A DNA stretch of 64,000 nt from assembly GCF_009914755.1 (NCBI RefSeq), contig NC_060925.1. One strand, 5' to 3'. The position numbers were made by a program, and so were the translations under genes. The notes below the pieces were generated by a model. That model was not told where the DNA came from and did no database searches. It saw nothing but the letters and a program-made list of their open reading frames with translations. Below are positions 34,123 through 49,440 of this stretch, one piece after another; position 1 is the stretch's first letter, and the number at the start of each line of letters is the position of its first letter. Source of the stretch: the human T2T-CHM13v2.0 reference genome, Homo sapiens.

Positions 34123-35568
34123 AGGATTATAGTATCCTTATATTTCTTTTAAAGTGGTTATAGTTGTTAGCATTTCATTTAGTTAAATAAATGAAATTGT
34201 GTCTTTTCCAGGAGAGAAGGCAGAAACACATAGTTTATCTGCTCCAGAATTGTTATTTGGTTATAGAACAAAAGGAGTGGGGAAAAGCAGAAATAGATAT
34301 TTTTTAATGTAAAAACACCAAACTTCTATTTAACTCATGAATTAAAGAGGAAACCAGCCAGTTGTCACTACTGGTTCAAAGGAGAGGCAATATATTTTCC
34401 ACATGATGGTTAGTTAACAAACCTTTACTGTGGAGTAAAGGAATGCTGATATGCATTTACAAATGGACACAAAATTTGCTTTTTCTACTGGAGGTGGGGT
34501 GTGGTGGAGGAGTAGAGGGTAAGATGGAATCTGTTGGACCTCCGTCAGACAGAATTTATTTGTGTGCCTATAGACAGAATTATTGGCATTTATCCACAAT
34601 TTATACAGAATTATAAAATAACTCCAAGACCAGAAAAGGCACAAACTCCATAGAAACATAACCTAGAAAGGTATGGTGTAAACAATGCATAATTTTCCAT
34701 TTTAGTGCATAGTAATTATTTTTGCTTATTCCAAAGTCTTAACTTTTCCTTACAGCAATAACCTACTACAAGAATGTTTCCAAGGCTGTTGATCAAATGT
34801 GTAACAGAAAGGGATTTTTAAAAATAAGCCTAGACACACATACATAAGAAAGATATTGGAAGAGGTTCTGATGATCTGATCTGGGAAGGGGTATCTGATA
34901 CAGCAGAAGAAAAGTTGCTAAACTCTGTCAAGAAAGGAAGTCCTAAATGGTGTCATTGATGCTTTTATAATCACTGAAGAGGTAACTTTGTTATTGAGGA
35001 GCCAGTAAATAAGGATCTATATGGATAATAAATTGAATATAAATAGTTTAATAATCAAATTACTTTCTTGATTACATCAGTCACATCCAGTTTTATTCAA
35101 CAAACATTTACAAAACATCTTCAATGTATCAGGCACTACTAGATGCTAGGCATACATAGATGAACAAAACATATCTTGCCTTTAAAACCTCCTCTTGGAG
35201 CTCACGGTTTGGTAAGGGAAATAGACTAATTACAATAGAACATGGAAGTGCAATAATACTATATTATCAGTATTGTATAGGGTATAAGGTGGTTTCAAAG
35301 AGGAAGTGGTTAACTCAGTGAAGGTTTTGAGGAACAGTCAAGTTCTGTGGTTTTTTTTTAATTAAACATTTTGTTTTGAGATAATTGTAGAATCACATGC
35401 ATGGCAAGAAGTAATGCAGAGAGATCCCATATACCCTTTGCATAGTTTCCCCAGTGGTAACACTTTACAAACATAGTATAATATCACAGCCAGAATATTG
35501 ACATTCATACAGTCAAGATACAGAACATTTCCATCACCACAAGGATCCCCCCTGTTGCCTTTTTTGCA

Positions 35569-36378
<810 letters not shown>

Positions 36379-36770
36379 TCTTTTCATTTTTTAAATTCAA
36401 CCTATTTTCTTTCTTGTTCAGGTTAGGAAATTTCTATTCTATCTTTCAGTTGCCAGTTCTTTCCTCTGTCCCTTCTATTATTCTGTTAACAGTGAGTTTT
36501 ATTTCAGTTATTGTATTTTTGGCTTCTAATATTTCTATTTGGTTCTTCTTTGTGTTTCCTGTATCTTTGGTGAGACTGTTTCTTTGCTAAGGCATTTTTA
36601 TCATAGCTGCTGTGAGATCTTTGTCCAGTAATTCCAACATCTCTATCATCTCAGTTTTGACATCTTTGATTGTCTTTTCATTAAGTTTGAGATCTTCCTT
36701 GTTCTTTGTATGACTAGTGATTTTTTTAATTGAAAACTGGACAGTTTGGGTATTTTGTTATTAGACTATA

Positions 36771-36771
<1 letters not shown>

Positions 36772-36813
<42 letters not shown>
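36772..36813 (+). repeat. (AC)21 microsatellite
   Basis: Read directly. Confidence 0.95.
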
Positions 36814-36816
<3 letters not shown>

Positions 36817-37310
36817 ACCTCTTAATTATCCTTTGGATTGAGAACATTTCCTGCTTTTGCATGGTATTGCTAGCTGCTAACTGAGAGCTTTGGCAGCCTT
36901 ACCTTCTGTGGCACAAATAATAGTGCATTCATGTGGTTTTTTTTTTTTTTTTTTTGTATTTTGTTGTATTTTGTTCGTTTTTCTTGAAATCAGTGGGAAT
37001 TATCTGTGGTGATATTACACACAATTTTTTTAATGTCTCATAAGTGTAATACAGTTAAAACAGCTATAGGAATCATTAGGCATGCAGAAAGCAGCAACTT
37101 TTAAACATCATTGTGACACTCATTGAATTAAAAGCAGCTGTGTTTTGTTGTAAAGGAAAAAAATGATGTCTACAAAATGTTAGAACAATGCCGTTAAAGG
37201 TTGTATCTAAAAGGCAAGGAAAGTTTAATAGGGGTTTTGCTTTATCTATTTTTAGCTCTCAGGAACTTATCCTCATATAAGTCTGTTGCTTAACTTTTTC
37301 ACATTCAACT

Positions 37311-37986
37311 TATTAACAAAAGACCATGAGATTGGCAGAGGAAGCAAAAGGAAAGCTTTATTTCCTGTAAAGGATTACAATCTGCAGGTCAGGAAACTAA
37401 GCTTCCAGCCAAAACCAAATACATAGGCTTCAGTTACAAAGGGGAGAGGTTGGAATTTATCCCCAGTGGGGTTAGCTCCGCATACATATTTAGCAGGTTA
37501 TAGGAGAATTTATGAATATTTATGAGGGAAACCAAATGTGTGGTGAGTAAACATATATGTTACATATGTCCCATGTTCACTTCGGAGTAGGCAGTTAACA
37601 TTAAAGTGAAGTGAAATTCGGCTCTTTGTGTCAAAAGGTGAAACACAGAGCAGAGCACAGAGGCATCTTGTGCTCAGTCTCTGTGGACCAGCCAGAACGA
37701 GTCTGTGATCAGCAGTCATTTATCAAAAAGGAATGCTTTGTAAGGCTAGTCACCTATCGTGGCAAAAGCACGATAAGGGAGGGGAGTTTGGCCACAGTGT
37801 CAGATGGTCTGTTGAGGTTGGGGAAGAAATCTTGCACACATTGTTTTTAGGGACTGGTTTCTGTTTAATTATAGGAAAGAAAGTCTTGGCGGCTGATAAT
37901 GAGATAAGGGAATGTGGAGGTGTGACTGACCTCCTGCCTTTGTCAAAGCCTTAGAATCTGGTTTTAAAGTTTTCTGTTTGCCACAG
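37311..37986 (-). mobile_element. Probable ERV1 (MER4-group) solo LTR
   Basis: gaaagctttatttcc near the left end (minus-strand AATAAA), catacatatttagcagg...tttatgaatatttatg and ...gccaca end; family not resolved. Confidence 0.5.
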
Positions 37987-38529
37987 CTGTCCATTTCATT
38001 TTGCCTGGAGGGCCTAGGAGCTACAAACTTAATAGGTGTTTTCAGGGACACATTATATGTGTAGGCTGCCCAGAGACTATGTTGCCTTTCCCAAGTATTT
38101 GTTGGAAGGTAAAGCATTGTGCAGAAAATACAAAAATGAGTGAAACATAGCCTCAATTCAGTTTGGCAAATATTAATTAAGCCCCTACTATGTCCAGCAT
38201 GGTACATGGGCCCTAGAAAAATGCTGATGTGAGATCTTTCTGTGAAAGACATTACAATTTAATGGAAAAGACAAATATATATTCAATTTGCTCTACTCTA
38301 AAGTTAAATTCTTTTCACAATGCTAGATAGAATACAATATTACAGGAAAGAAAAAAATTGTGTATATACAGAATGAAAGACAGTATAAGCACAAGCAAAA
38401 TGTTTTGTGAAAAGAATGTCATAGGAAGGAGAGATTAACTTTTTTCTAAACTTTAATGTATTTTGTCCTTTGTTAACATATTATTAAATTTTTTATCTCA
38501 AAAATGTTAACTTGAAAAGGGGTTTTTAC

Positions 38530-38822
38530 AGCTGGGCACAGTGGCTCACACCTGTAATCCCAGCACTTTGGGAGGCCCAGGAGGGCAGATTATGAGGTCA
38601 GGAGATCGAGACCAGCCTGGCCAACATGGTGAAACCTCGTCTCTACTAAAAATACAAAAATTAGCCGGGTGTGGTGGTGTGTGCCTGTAGTCCCAGCTAT
38701 TTGGGAGGCTGAGGCAGAAGAATCACTTAACCCAGGAGGTAGAGGTTGCAATGAGCCGAGATCATGCCACTGCTCTCCAGCCTGGCGACAGAGTGAGACT
38801 GTGTCTCAAAAAAAAAAAAAAA
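38530..38822 (+). mobile_element. Alu (AluS)
   Basis: Dimeric Alu with A-tail. Confidence 0.9.
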
Positions 38823-40014
38823 GTGGGGGGAGGGGGGACGGTTTTACTATAACTTTCATTGCTTTTCTCAGCTCCTAACTCAGCCTTTTCCTCTTTATTC
38901 TTACAGACCACCTTGTCTCCTACTAGCTTAAGAAAATTGAGGCTATCAGGAATCATTTTCCTTCAGCTACCTTCTCCCTACATGCTTATTTAATCTAAAC
39001 CCCTTTTTACTGTATTTTCCCCAGTCTAAAGTAACAAGGTGTCCTTCCTCCTGTGCACTGCTCTCATTTCCCCTTGTCCCAGGATCTAGCTCTGGCAGTT
39101 GTCCCTTGTTTTTCCCAAATCTTCAAACTGTTTGTCATTACTGGCTCCTTCCTTCTAGCCTATGTACATGCTTAAGAGTCCCCTACTCTAAAAAGATTTC
39201 CCTTACCTCATTAAGCCATCTGGTCTAGTCTTTTTTCCTTTTCTCTATCCTGCATCTCAAAACAGTAATCTATCTATTCTTATTCTTACTGTCTCCATTC
39301 CTATAACCACAATAACTCTATAGTAATTAACACATATTTAGAAACCTTGAAATGTAAACAAACATAGAATTAGAATTTAAATTTTTTAAGAGATAAAGAG
39401 AAGCTCTGTAACATTTCAGAGAGTTCTCATCTCTTTGAGTCTTTGGTATTAAAAAAAAAAACTGGAAATAAACTCAACCAAGTGTAGTCAAACACAGTGT
39501 GATTCCCCTTATAGATGGAAGACTTATCTCTCATTGTAGCCTGTCCTTTTCATAGAAAGAGCTTCTAAATTATTTTGATGGTTGCAACCACTGTCTGTGT
39601 GACTCCCCAGTCTGTATCTGAAGCTTTTTAGTTTTTTCCAGTTGTTTTCTGGGCTTCCTCCACCTCGATGTTTCGTAAGTACCTTAAAGTCAACACGTCA
39701 AAAAATAAACTCATTTTTTTTCCTAAGCATGCTTCAAGCCCCATGTTCTCTAACCTAGTTTATGGCACCATGCCACTCACCCAGGTTAAAAACTAGGAGT
39801 TATTTTTGACTGTATCCTTCATCTCACCTTCAAAATTTACCAAGTCCTGCCAATTTTAGTTCCCAAGTATTTCTTAATTTTTGCCTTACCTCTCTGTTCC
39901 TTAAACTTATACTCAATTCTAGTCCTCATTGTTTCTCACTGGGCTGTTGCCACAGCCATATTAATACACTGCTTTCAATCTTTACACCTCAAACTCATCT
40001 CCCCAAAGATACCT

Positions 40015-40295
40015 AGAGCTGCACTGTTGCATAATTTAACTACCAGCTACATCAGTCTGTTGAGCATTTGAAGTGTGCCTAATCTAAATCGAAATGTGCC
40101 GTAAGTATAACATACAAACTGGATCTTGAAGACTTAGTTTGAAACAAAAAACTGTGAAGGATATCAATTTTATTTTGACTATATATTAAATGTAAAAGTG
40201 ATAACATTTTAGGTATAGATTACATAAAATATATTATTAATTTTACCTGTTTCCACCTTTTTGAATATGGTTACTAGAAATTTTATTATTACATA
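40015..40295. mobile_element. MER33-like hAT-Charlie remnant
   Basis: tgagcatttgaagtgtg...gtgccgtaagtataa...ggttactagaaattt motifs. Confidence 0.5.
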
Positions 40296-41079
40296 TACTC
40301 TTTCTCCACCTTCACATGAAAATGTGGCTGGTTCCTTGTCAGTACCCAAGTCCCAACTTAAGAAACCTTCTCTGCCTGAACGCTGTTTCTGCCTGAATAC
40401 TGTCTGAAGGAATTTTGTCTTATCATCCTGTTCTGTTTTCTTCATGGTATTTTTCACTGTGTGAAATCATCATCTTTACTTATATATCTGATCATTGTCT
40501 ACCCCTACGAAATAGGAGGCTTTACTGAGGCAGGAAATTTGTCTGACCATTAGTAAATAAGATTCACTGTTGTGTACCTGGTACCTAGAATAATATCTGG
40601 CATGTGCAGGTACTCTTTATTGAATGAATGGTTTCTATTCTGCTTGAAATGGTTCTCTCTGCCCCATAAACTTGTTTAACTCAAGTCCTTTCATGATTCA
40701 GCTCAAGTAGTACCTCCTTCAGGAAGATTTTCCTGGCTATTTCCCCTCCTGGCTTATTGATTCCTTTTCTATGCACAGTTCCAGAACTGTACCTATACAT
40801 TGTGTTTTTGACTAAATTCTCTCTCCTCTTTTAGACTTGGCCCTTAGTAGTTCTTCAGTATATTCTCATTCCCTAGAATGTACCTAGTTAGGTTACCCAG
40901 TAGACATTCAGTATTTGTTTGCTGAATATACAAGCAAGCAGATGTTTTTTTGGAGTTAGTCTTTAGTATTCTAGTTATACAATAAATAATGCAGGTTATA
41001 GTATATACTCAGTAGTAAACAGTTCTTGAATTAGTAAAGGAATTCCTATGTACTATTTTTATTATAAAAACAATATAGT

Positions 41080-41380
41080 GGCCGGGTGTGGTGGCTCACA
41101 CCTGTAATCCCAGCACTTTGATAGGCCGAGGCAGGCAGATCACCTGAGGTTGGGAGTTTGAGACCAGCCTGGCCAACATGGAGAAACCCTGTCTCTACTA
41201 AAAATACAAAATTAGCCGGGCGTGGTGGCGCATGCCTGCAGTCCCAGCTACTCAGGAAGCTGAGGCAGGAGAATCACTTGAACCAGGAGGTGGAGGTTGC
41301 GGTGAGCCTAGATTGCACCATTGCACTCCAGTGTGGGCAACAAGAGTGAAACTCCATCTCAAAACAAAAACAAACAAAAA
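41080..41380 (+). mobile_element. Alu (AluSp/Sq-like)
   Basis: Dimeric Alu. Confidence 0.9.
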
Positions 41381-43079
41381 ATATAGCAAAATTAAAGTCT
41401 TACTTAAATCATTTGTATAACCACCCTAATAACAATTATTTTCCTCAGCCCACTTTCTTCCTTAATCTTACTTCCCTCATCTGAGATAACCACTTCTGTT
41501 TTTTTCCCATAAACATAATTTTATATACAGTATGAAATAAGCAATAATATGTGTAATAACTTTTAAATTCTATTTTCCCACACTATGTTAGAAATTTTGT
41601 AATGTTACTTCATGGTTTTATGAAACTACTTTTTTCGTTTTAAAGTTGAGATGGACTTAGAGAAGCAATGCTGTCTAGTACAAAATGTTCCTTAGATGAG
41701 GATTCCTCATTCTGGTTCCCCCATTTAGCCTTAGGCCCTATGAGTTCCTTTTTTGTCTCAATCATTTTAAGAATGTGAATTTTCTGTAACCACAAAGCTT
41801 GGAAGAGGCAGTCTATATTCAAACCCAGGTCTCCTAACTTTAAATCTAGTTATCTTTCCATTTATTAACTATCTCCCTCAACTTCAGTTTCCTTAACTAT
41901 AAAATGGGAATAATAATGTCTGTCTTGTCTGCCCTAAGGATAAAGATGATAATCACCTGAGGGATTAATATATGTGATCTCACATGTAACTAAAACACAC
42001 TAAAGATCGGGGAATATCTATATTTGTTCATTTTTTGGAGGACAGTATTAATCTGACAATTCAAAGGTTTGATTTTTCTTTTTTTTGGTAATAGAAATAG
42101 ATCCAGGATTTGCTAGATCCTAAACTCAGTCATAATTCAGTTTACCTTTATAGGTTTGGGCTTTGAAAACTAGGTCCAGTCTGTTGTGTTTTCTTATTTT
42201 ATTTCAAACCAGTAAATTATTACCAGAAGAGAAAGGTTTTAGGTGAAAAGAAAACCATTCCATTTCTCTTTTCACGTGGTGCCACATTTTTCATTTTTGA
42301 AATATCCACCCTGAAACATGATTCAAGTTGATTTCCATATGTAATTTTTCTGATTTCTCTCTTTAGTACTTTTCCTTCTCTCTTTTTAAAAAATCATTCC
42401 CACATTGTCCCTTTAGTATTTTAGTCCTTTTCCTTTTTTCTTTTTTAATCATTCACACAATGGCTATGGGTACAAAACTGTAAGAAATTTATTTTTATTT
42501 TTATTTGTTTTAAATTCATGGATACCATTGCCATAAATATGTCCAATATGAATTATGCTGCGAATGTGGCAGGCGTATACTGGATAGAAGCTTAGAGTAG
42601 AATAGCAATGACTTGATTTTCTGTGATTCTGAATATCACTAAAGTGTGCTACCAGGGTTAGCCAAGAGAGAATAAGATGTAATTGCTTGCCTAAAGTGAT
42701 AATATCTTTCCAGGACATCTCCTGAATACCAATGAAGGCAGATGATTTCAGGGAGAGAGGCATTCTTCACTTGAGAGATGGGAAAGATCAAATAATGGTA
42801 GTAATTAAAATGAGACCAAAATGTAGCATTTGTAGACCAAGTGTGTGCTAATCATTGTTTGAAGAAGTTCATCAGATAAAATATTACTTACTCTGAAATA
42901 TTCTGTAAGAATATTTATTTAAAAGGCAGTAAGTCCTCATGTATGTTTCATAGAAATTGCATAGAAATGATATGGACTTCTAATATAAAAAATTAGAGTG
43001 TGATTCAGAAAAGAAAGATACTTTTAAATGGTTTTTAATCAAAATTGTCTTAATCAAAATTTTAAAGTTGTGAATAAAT

Positions 43080-44000
43080 ACATTCAAAAATGTTGTTTGG
43101 AAAATGAAAAGACAAGCCACACATTAACAGAAAATATTTGCAGGAAACCTATCAGAAAGAGAACTGGAATACAGAATAAATTTTAAAATTTCAGACAATG
43201 CAATAATAATAAGACAAGAAATTCCCCCTCAAAATTTTTGGCCAAATATTTTACCAAATCCATCACCAGAAAAGATACACATATGACAATTAAACACATA
43301 AAAAGATGCCTGACATCACTAGTCATCAGAGGAGTAAAGATTAATATCACAACTAGATACTACAAAATGTCTATTAGAGTAGCTAAATTTTTTTTAATGA
43401 CAGTATCAAATACTGTTGAAGAAGAGGAGGAACTAAATTTCTCTTACATTGCTGGTGAAAATGCAAAATGGTACAATAACTCTTTAAAACAGTTTGAAAG
43501 ATTTTCATAAAGTTAAACATCCACTTACCATACAACCCAACAGTCTCACTCCTATCCAAGGGAAATGAAAACATATTACATAAAGTCTTGTGTATGAATA
43601 TTTGTAAAGTGACTTTTTTGGAATTGTCAAAAACTGAAAACAGTCTGTATGTTCATCAGCAAGTAAATGGATAAACAATTTGTATACATCCTTACAAAGT
43701 AATACTATTTAGCAAGAAAAAGAAATAAGCCACTGATACATGCAACAACATGGATAAATCTTTAATATATTATGTTAAGTGAAAACAACCAAACTCAAAA
43801 TGCTATATACTAAGTGGTTCCATTTTATGTGACTGTCTCAAAAAGGCAAAACTACCAGAAGAGAACACAGACTGGTGGTTGTCCGTGGGGCTACAATGGA
43901 GTGTGTGGGAATTCTTTGGAGTTATGGAGATGGTCTGTAACTTGATTGTAGTGATGGGTACATGACTCTGCGTTTGTCAAAATGAGCAGGATGTGACTAA
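43080..44000 (+). mobile_element. Old L1M (L1MC/ME-like) 3' portion
   Basis: Degenerate ORF2 C-terminus (KHIKRCLTSLVIRGVKINITTRYY) plus 3' UTR. Confidence 0.7.
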
Positions 44001-44931
44001 AAAAAAAAAAAAGAAATAACATGGGCTTGCAAGAGAGAAACACCAGATCCATTGTACCACTGTAAGAATTACACTCTAAGGATAAGATTTACATTTAAAA
44101 TCTAGGAGAAATACCAGAAAATTAGCACATTGCTTTTAGTTTCATTATTAATTCCTTTTTCATGTAACATTTTTACTCCTCTTCACAATCTCCTTTTATG
44201 TAATAATTTACACTTGATTATTTCTTCAGTAATTAGTAAAGAAAGAAAGAAAATCAGCTTTCTGTAATAAGACTCCATATCACCTATACTCACTTGAGAA
44301 ATACTCATTTTGTTATCTCCTACTAAATGTATCTATTACTCTATTCTCATGTCCTTTTACTAGCAGACAAAACAATAGCTTATTATTAGGAAAATTAAAT
44401 GAGACAATATTTGTAAAATACCTGGCACATACCTTACATTCAGTTTTTTTAAGTGTTGTAAATATAAATAAGTTCCTTGCCTTTTTATCTCTGTGTGGAT
44501 CTTGTTTTGAAAATATGAGGAGTGAATTTTACTAAGTTGCCAAATTTGCTTTATTCTTTGTGAACCTTAGTAGATGAATTGTAGTATCTTTTTTAATGTA
44601 GCCATGATGTGAATTATTGAATGACACTTCTCAGCTAGACCCTATATCTGCACATAGAATGAAATAAATACATGTCAGAACACACGAACTATACCTAGAT
44701 AGTAAGTAAATAATTTTTTAGGCATTTTAAGTTGATAATTTATGACATAATGTTGTAGTATAAATATTCAGCTCAATTTGTTTTTAATGAAGAAAAATTT
44801 TTGTGGAAATAGTTTAAATGTGAAAATGTGATTATATCAGAGCTGGGCTATTCATGAGAATCACATGTGGACCATTTAAAGAAATACCAATTTCTTTCCC
44901 TACCACTGCCTTTCTAAGAGAAGCAGCTAAA

Positions 44932-45359
44932 CAGTGATGTGCTAGTATATGTTCAAGAAACCAGCTCTTGGGTGGGAGTGGGGATAAGGAGCATTGATTC
45001 CTAGTGTTTGCTGATTTCCACGGTGTAAATACTTCCACTATAGCCAATTTCAAGCTACTAAGATGATAACACTGAATGTGGAGTGAGGAAAAGATGTACA
45101 GTAGCACAGCATTATACAGTATTTCCATCATGCAAGTACAATAAATACATCCAACCTCGAGAATAAAAGCAAAAATTAATAAAATTAAAAAGTAATGAAT
45201 TTTGAGTATGTGTTACCTTTGTTTTAATATAGCTATTTATAAAGTTATGTAAGTTAATTTTTAATAATGACTGAGTTTGACAACCAGCTTCCAGAGTTTC
45301 TGAAAATTTAACAATTGGCCTCTCATAAGCTGATGAGAACTGATGTTCACACAACACTG
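44932..45359. mobile_element. MER63-like hAT-Blackjack DNA transposon
   Basis: TIRs CAGTGATGTG...CACAACACTG; degenerate 8 bp TSD cagctaaa/aagctcca. Confidence 0.6.
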
Positions 45360-46562
45360 AAGCTCCAAGGCAACTATTTTTTTTTTAACTAATTGATTGC
45401 AAGTAATTTGCCAACCAGTTGTTTTTCTAAAATACAGATCTGATCCTAAAGCCCACGAAGGCGTTCCACAGTCAGACCCAGATGAGTCTTTTTCAGCCTC
45501 ATTTTAAATCATACCATTTCTCTCACATCTTCTATATGTCACCTACACTAGATGTAGGTAACTTGTAGCTTCTCAAACACACCTGTACTTCCCCCCACCT
45601 TCTCATTATCTGCCTTCTCAGTATCTTCCTTCAGCCTCGAATGACCTCACCTTATCTGCCTGACTTTTGCAATACTATTTATTTATCCTTCTAGAACTAA
45701 CTCAAATGCTGCTTTCTCTTACTTCCTACTGTTGGAAACATTCCCATTTGCCTTGGTGCTCTCATAGCCCTTTGTTTATACTTCATTTTGAGCTCAAATT
45801 TATCAATTTATAATGAATGAATGTTTCACTCTCTAGATTATAAACTTCTAAGGGGTGCCTTTAAATCATACTGTACTTATTAACACATTAATATAACCTA
45901 AAAGTGGTTAATGAACACTTGCTTATTTTAACAGAAAAAAATTATGAACGATGCATGATATATCCTTCACTTTCTATATCTTTGAGAAACTGACCAAAAT
46001 TTAAACTTTTTTGAATTAGATTTGTACGCCTTTTTTTCCTGGTGATGCAGAACCATATTAGTAGTTATATACCTATAGCACACCTAGAGACATTTCACAA
46101 TGGACTCTAGAGCTTACCAAAGAAGAATTTCATTAGATAGTATATGAAGCAGAAATGATTAAATTGTATAACTATATTTGTGAATCATTATTCTCATTTA
46201 GTGTGCCTTATAATAAGTATTTTCAGCATAAAGCCAAAGGTTACTTTATAGTGTTCCCAGCAAATTAGGCCTTTGTATCAATAAACACCCTCTAAGAAAA
46301 GCTAAAATATCATACTTTGCTTTGTGACTTGAGAGAAATTTGCTTTCATACATATCCTTAAGGGTAAAATCCTTATCACTCTGTTGTTTTCGGGCATTTT
46401 ATCTAGACTTAGGATTATCTGGTTGCCATCATGATAAGTATGGACAACATCTAAGTGTATGAAGGAAATGTTCTAAAGTAAAAACAATCCAAGAATTTCT
46501 TGAAGCAAATGCACATTCCTTGTTAGTAGTGTTTCAGGAATCTTTTTCATATTTTGCACTAG

Positions 46563-46579
46563 GCTGCCACCTGATGGCA
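46563..46579 (-). promoter_or_regulatory. Candidate CTCF motif (TGCCATCAGGTGGCAGC)
   Basis: Good match to the CCA-CAG-TGGC CTCF core in unique sequence. Confidence 0.45.
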
Positions 46580-46903
46580 AAAGTTAAAATTGCATCTTTT
46601 GTAACATTCGACGCCTTCATTGCAATTATACAGATTTTTATGTATTCAGCATAGAGCCTCCAAAACTTTTATACATTTGTGTAAGTGTTATGTATTCAAT
46701 AAATGTTTGATGATTGCTTTGGACCTCAGGGAAATCATATTTATTATTTAACCTTTGTTAGACAGTGATCTTCCTACGATCTGTTTAAAGCTTTGCTTTC
46801 TTATGGAGCTATTTTAAGAATCTGTTTTAATTAGTGTTATTAATGAAAAATTTTACTTAAATGTAGTAATTTTCTCTTTTCTCTTTCCCTCTTCTTTCTT
46901 CAG

Positions 46904-47070
46904 AACGAGGTCACTCGGACACTATGGTGTTCTTTTACCTGTGGATTGTCTTTTATATCATCAGTTCCTGCTATACCCTCATCTGGGATCTCAAGATGGA
47001 CTGGGGTCTCTTCGATAAGAATGCTGGAGAGAACACTTTCCTCCGGGAAGAGATTGTATACCCCCAAAAA
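46904..47070 (+). CDS. XPR1: XPR1 coding exon 12 (167 nt; [56 protein letters not shown])
   Basis: Long polypyrimidine tract ...tttcttcag|, donor AAA|gtatgt; EXS motif WDLKMDWGL; phase 1 to 0; not shown in the ORF track. Confidence 0.97.
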
Positions 47071-48495
47071 GTATGTATAAAGAGTGTGTTTGTTTAAAAG
47101 AACAAACTTAGGTATACCACTAGCTAATCCTGTTGCAGTACAGACCCAACCTCTAATTATATTACTCTAATATAATTAGAAAAATAATTAACAAAAATAC
47201 TAATTCATTCGGTCAGCAAAAATATATTAGATGTTTACTATATGCTAGGTACTATAGGAAATCAAAACAAAGTAAAATTCTCATTCTCAAGGAAAGCCAT
47301 AAACTATGTTCAGATAAGTAAACAAATTGCAATACAATGCGATAAAGACTGGAATGGAAGAATAAATAACTTACTGTAGTTTATGATTTGTTTTTGAACA
47401 TGGAATGCCCTCAGTCTGAAACACTCTCTCTCGTCTGCTTTGTAAACACCTGTTCCTCCTCTTTAAAAGTCAGTTTAAGTGTTACTTTCTCCAAGAAGCC
47501 TTTCTTTATTTTTCCTAGCATAGTCAGCTATTCATCTTAATCTTTTTTTACCCTATATAAACTACCATTATAGCAGTTATCACACTGTATTATAATAATG
47601 TGCTTAGGTGTCCATATTCTTCACTTCCAAGCATAATTACTGGTCTATAGTAGACTGAATGTTTCTGGGATGAATGAATAAATACTTGACTAAATGAAAA
47701 GTGTCATGAAAAGACAAAGGAGAAGGAGTGGCTGACTCTGCTTGATTGCATCAAGAAGACTTCTCCTTTCATTTATTTCATCTAATATTTGTTAAAATCA
47801 AGTGCCATTTCAATCAGAAAACATAGATAATTCTTTAGGAATAATTCTTTAGGAATTATTTTAGGATTTTTTCTATGTATTAATAAAAAGACAAGAGGGG
47901 CTGAATTAAAAAGTCAAAAAATCAAAAATATCTGTACTCAGATATTTTAGTAAAGGATAAATACCATGATTAGACCTTGAAAGAAATTAAACAATGAACT
48001 GGTAATCCTGAATGTGAATGTAAATTCTAATCCCAGCTCTTTCACTAACTAGCTATATAATTGTCTGCAACCAGACTATAGTGGATTCTTGTTTATGAGG
48101 TAAGTATGTTAAACTAGATTATCTCTTGATCTTTTCCCAGTCTAAAATTCTGTGATGGAGAGGGAAGTGTAGATTAGGTCACTAACATTTTATACTCTAT
48201 CAGCATGTCACTAGAACCTTAAAATTGTATTTGGAAAAGTGTATGGATGTGTAATATTCAATTGGTAAGTAGGGAAGGCCATTTTCAGGTGTGAGGAATG
48301 GTGAATTCAAAGAATGATATGTAGAGTAACTTCAGATGAACAAATAAAGGGGAAAAGGGGAGAGTTGTTGACAGTGATCTTTTTTACCTAAACTATAGCA
48401 ATACCCCCAATGTGAGAAATTAGAATATATGACCAAGATATTAGACATATTTTTATAAATCTAATTTGAAAAGAAAATTAATAATCAGAGAGTAG

Positions 48496-48857
<362 letters not shown>

Positions 48858-49125
48858 AACATTTGTTTCTTATTATGATAATTGCTTAGATAAATTGTTT
48901 GTATCTTTATATAAATGTTGATCCATTCCCGCTTTTACATAGTTCTAACATAGTGATTTCTAGGTAATAAAATTAGTGAATATAATTTTTCACTTAGTTT
49001 CTTTGCTGTTACATATTTTCATGACTCTAAAAAACAAAATAAATACTTTCCTACATTATAATTTGCAAACTTATAAGAAAGATGTTCTGCTGGATCACCA
49101 CATTCCTTTAATTTTAAAAAATACT

Positions 49126-49440
49126 GGCCAGACGTGGTGGCTCACACCTGTAATCCCAGCACTTTGGGAGGCCAGGACAGAAGAATTGCTTGAGTTCCAG
49201 ACCAGCCTAGGCATCATAGTGTGAGACACTGACTCTACTAAAATAAAATAAAATAAAAATAACTGGATATGGTGGCACACGCCTGTAGCCCCAGCTACTC
49301 GGGATGCTGAGGCAGGAGGATCACTTGAGCCCTGGAGTTCAAGACTGCAGTGGGCTATGTTCATGCCACTGTACTCCAGCCTGGGCGATGGAGCAAGACC
49401 CTGTCTTAAAAAAAAAAACAAAAACAAAAAACTAAAACAA
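49126..49440 (+). mobile_element. Alu (AluJ-like)
   Basis: Diverged dimeric Alu. Confidence 0.85.
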
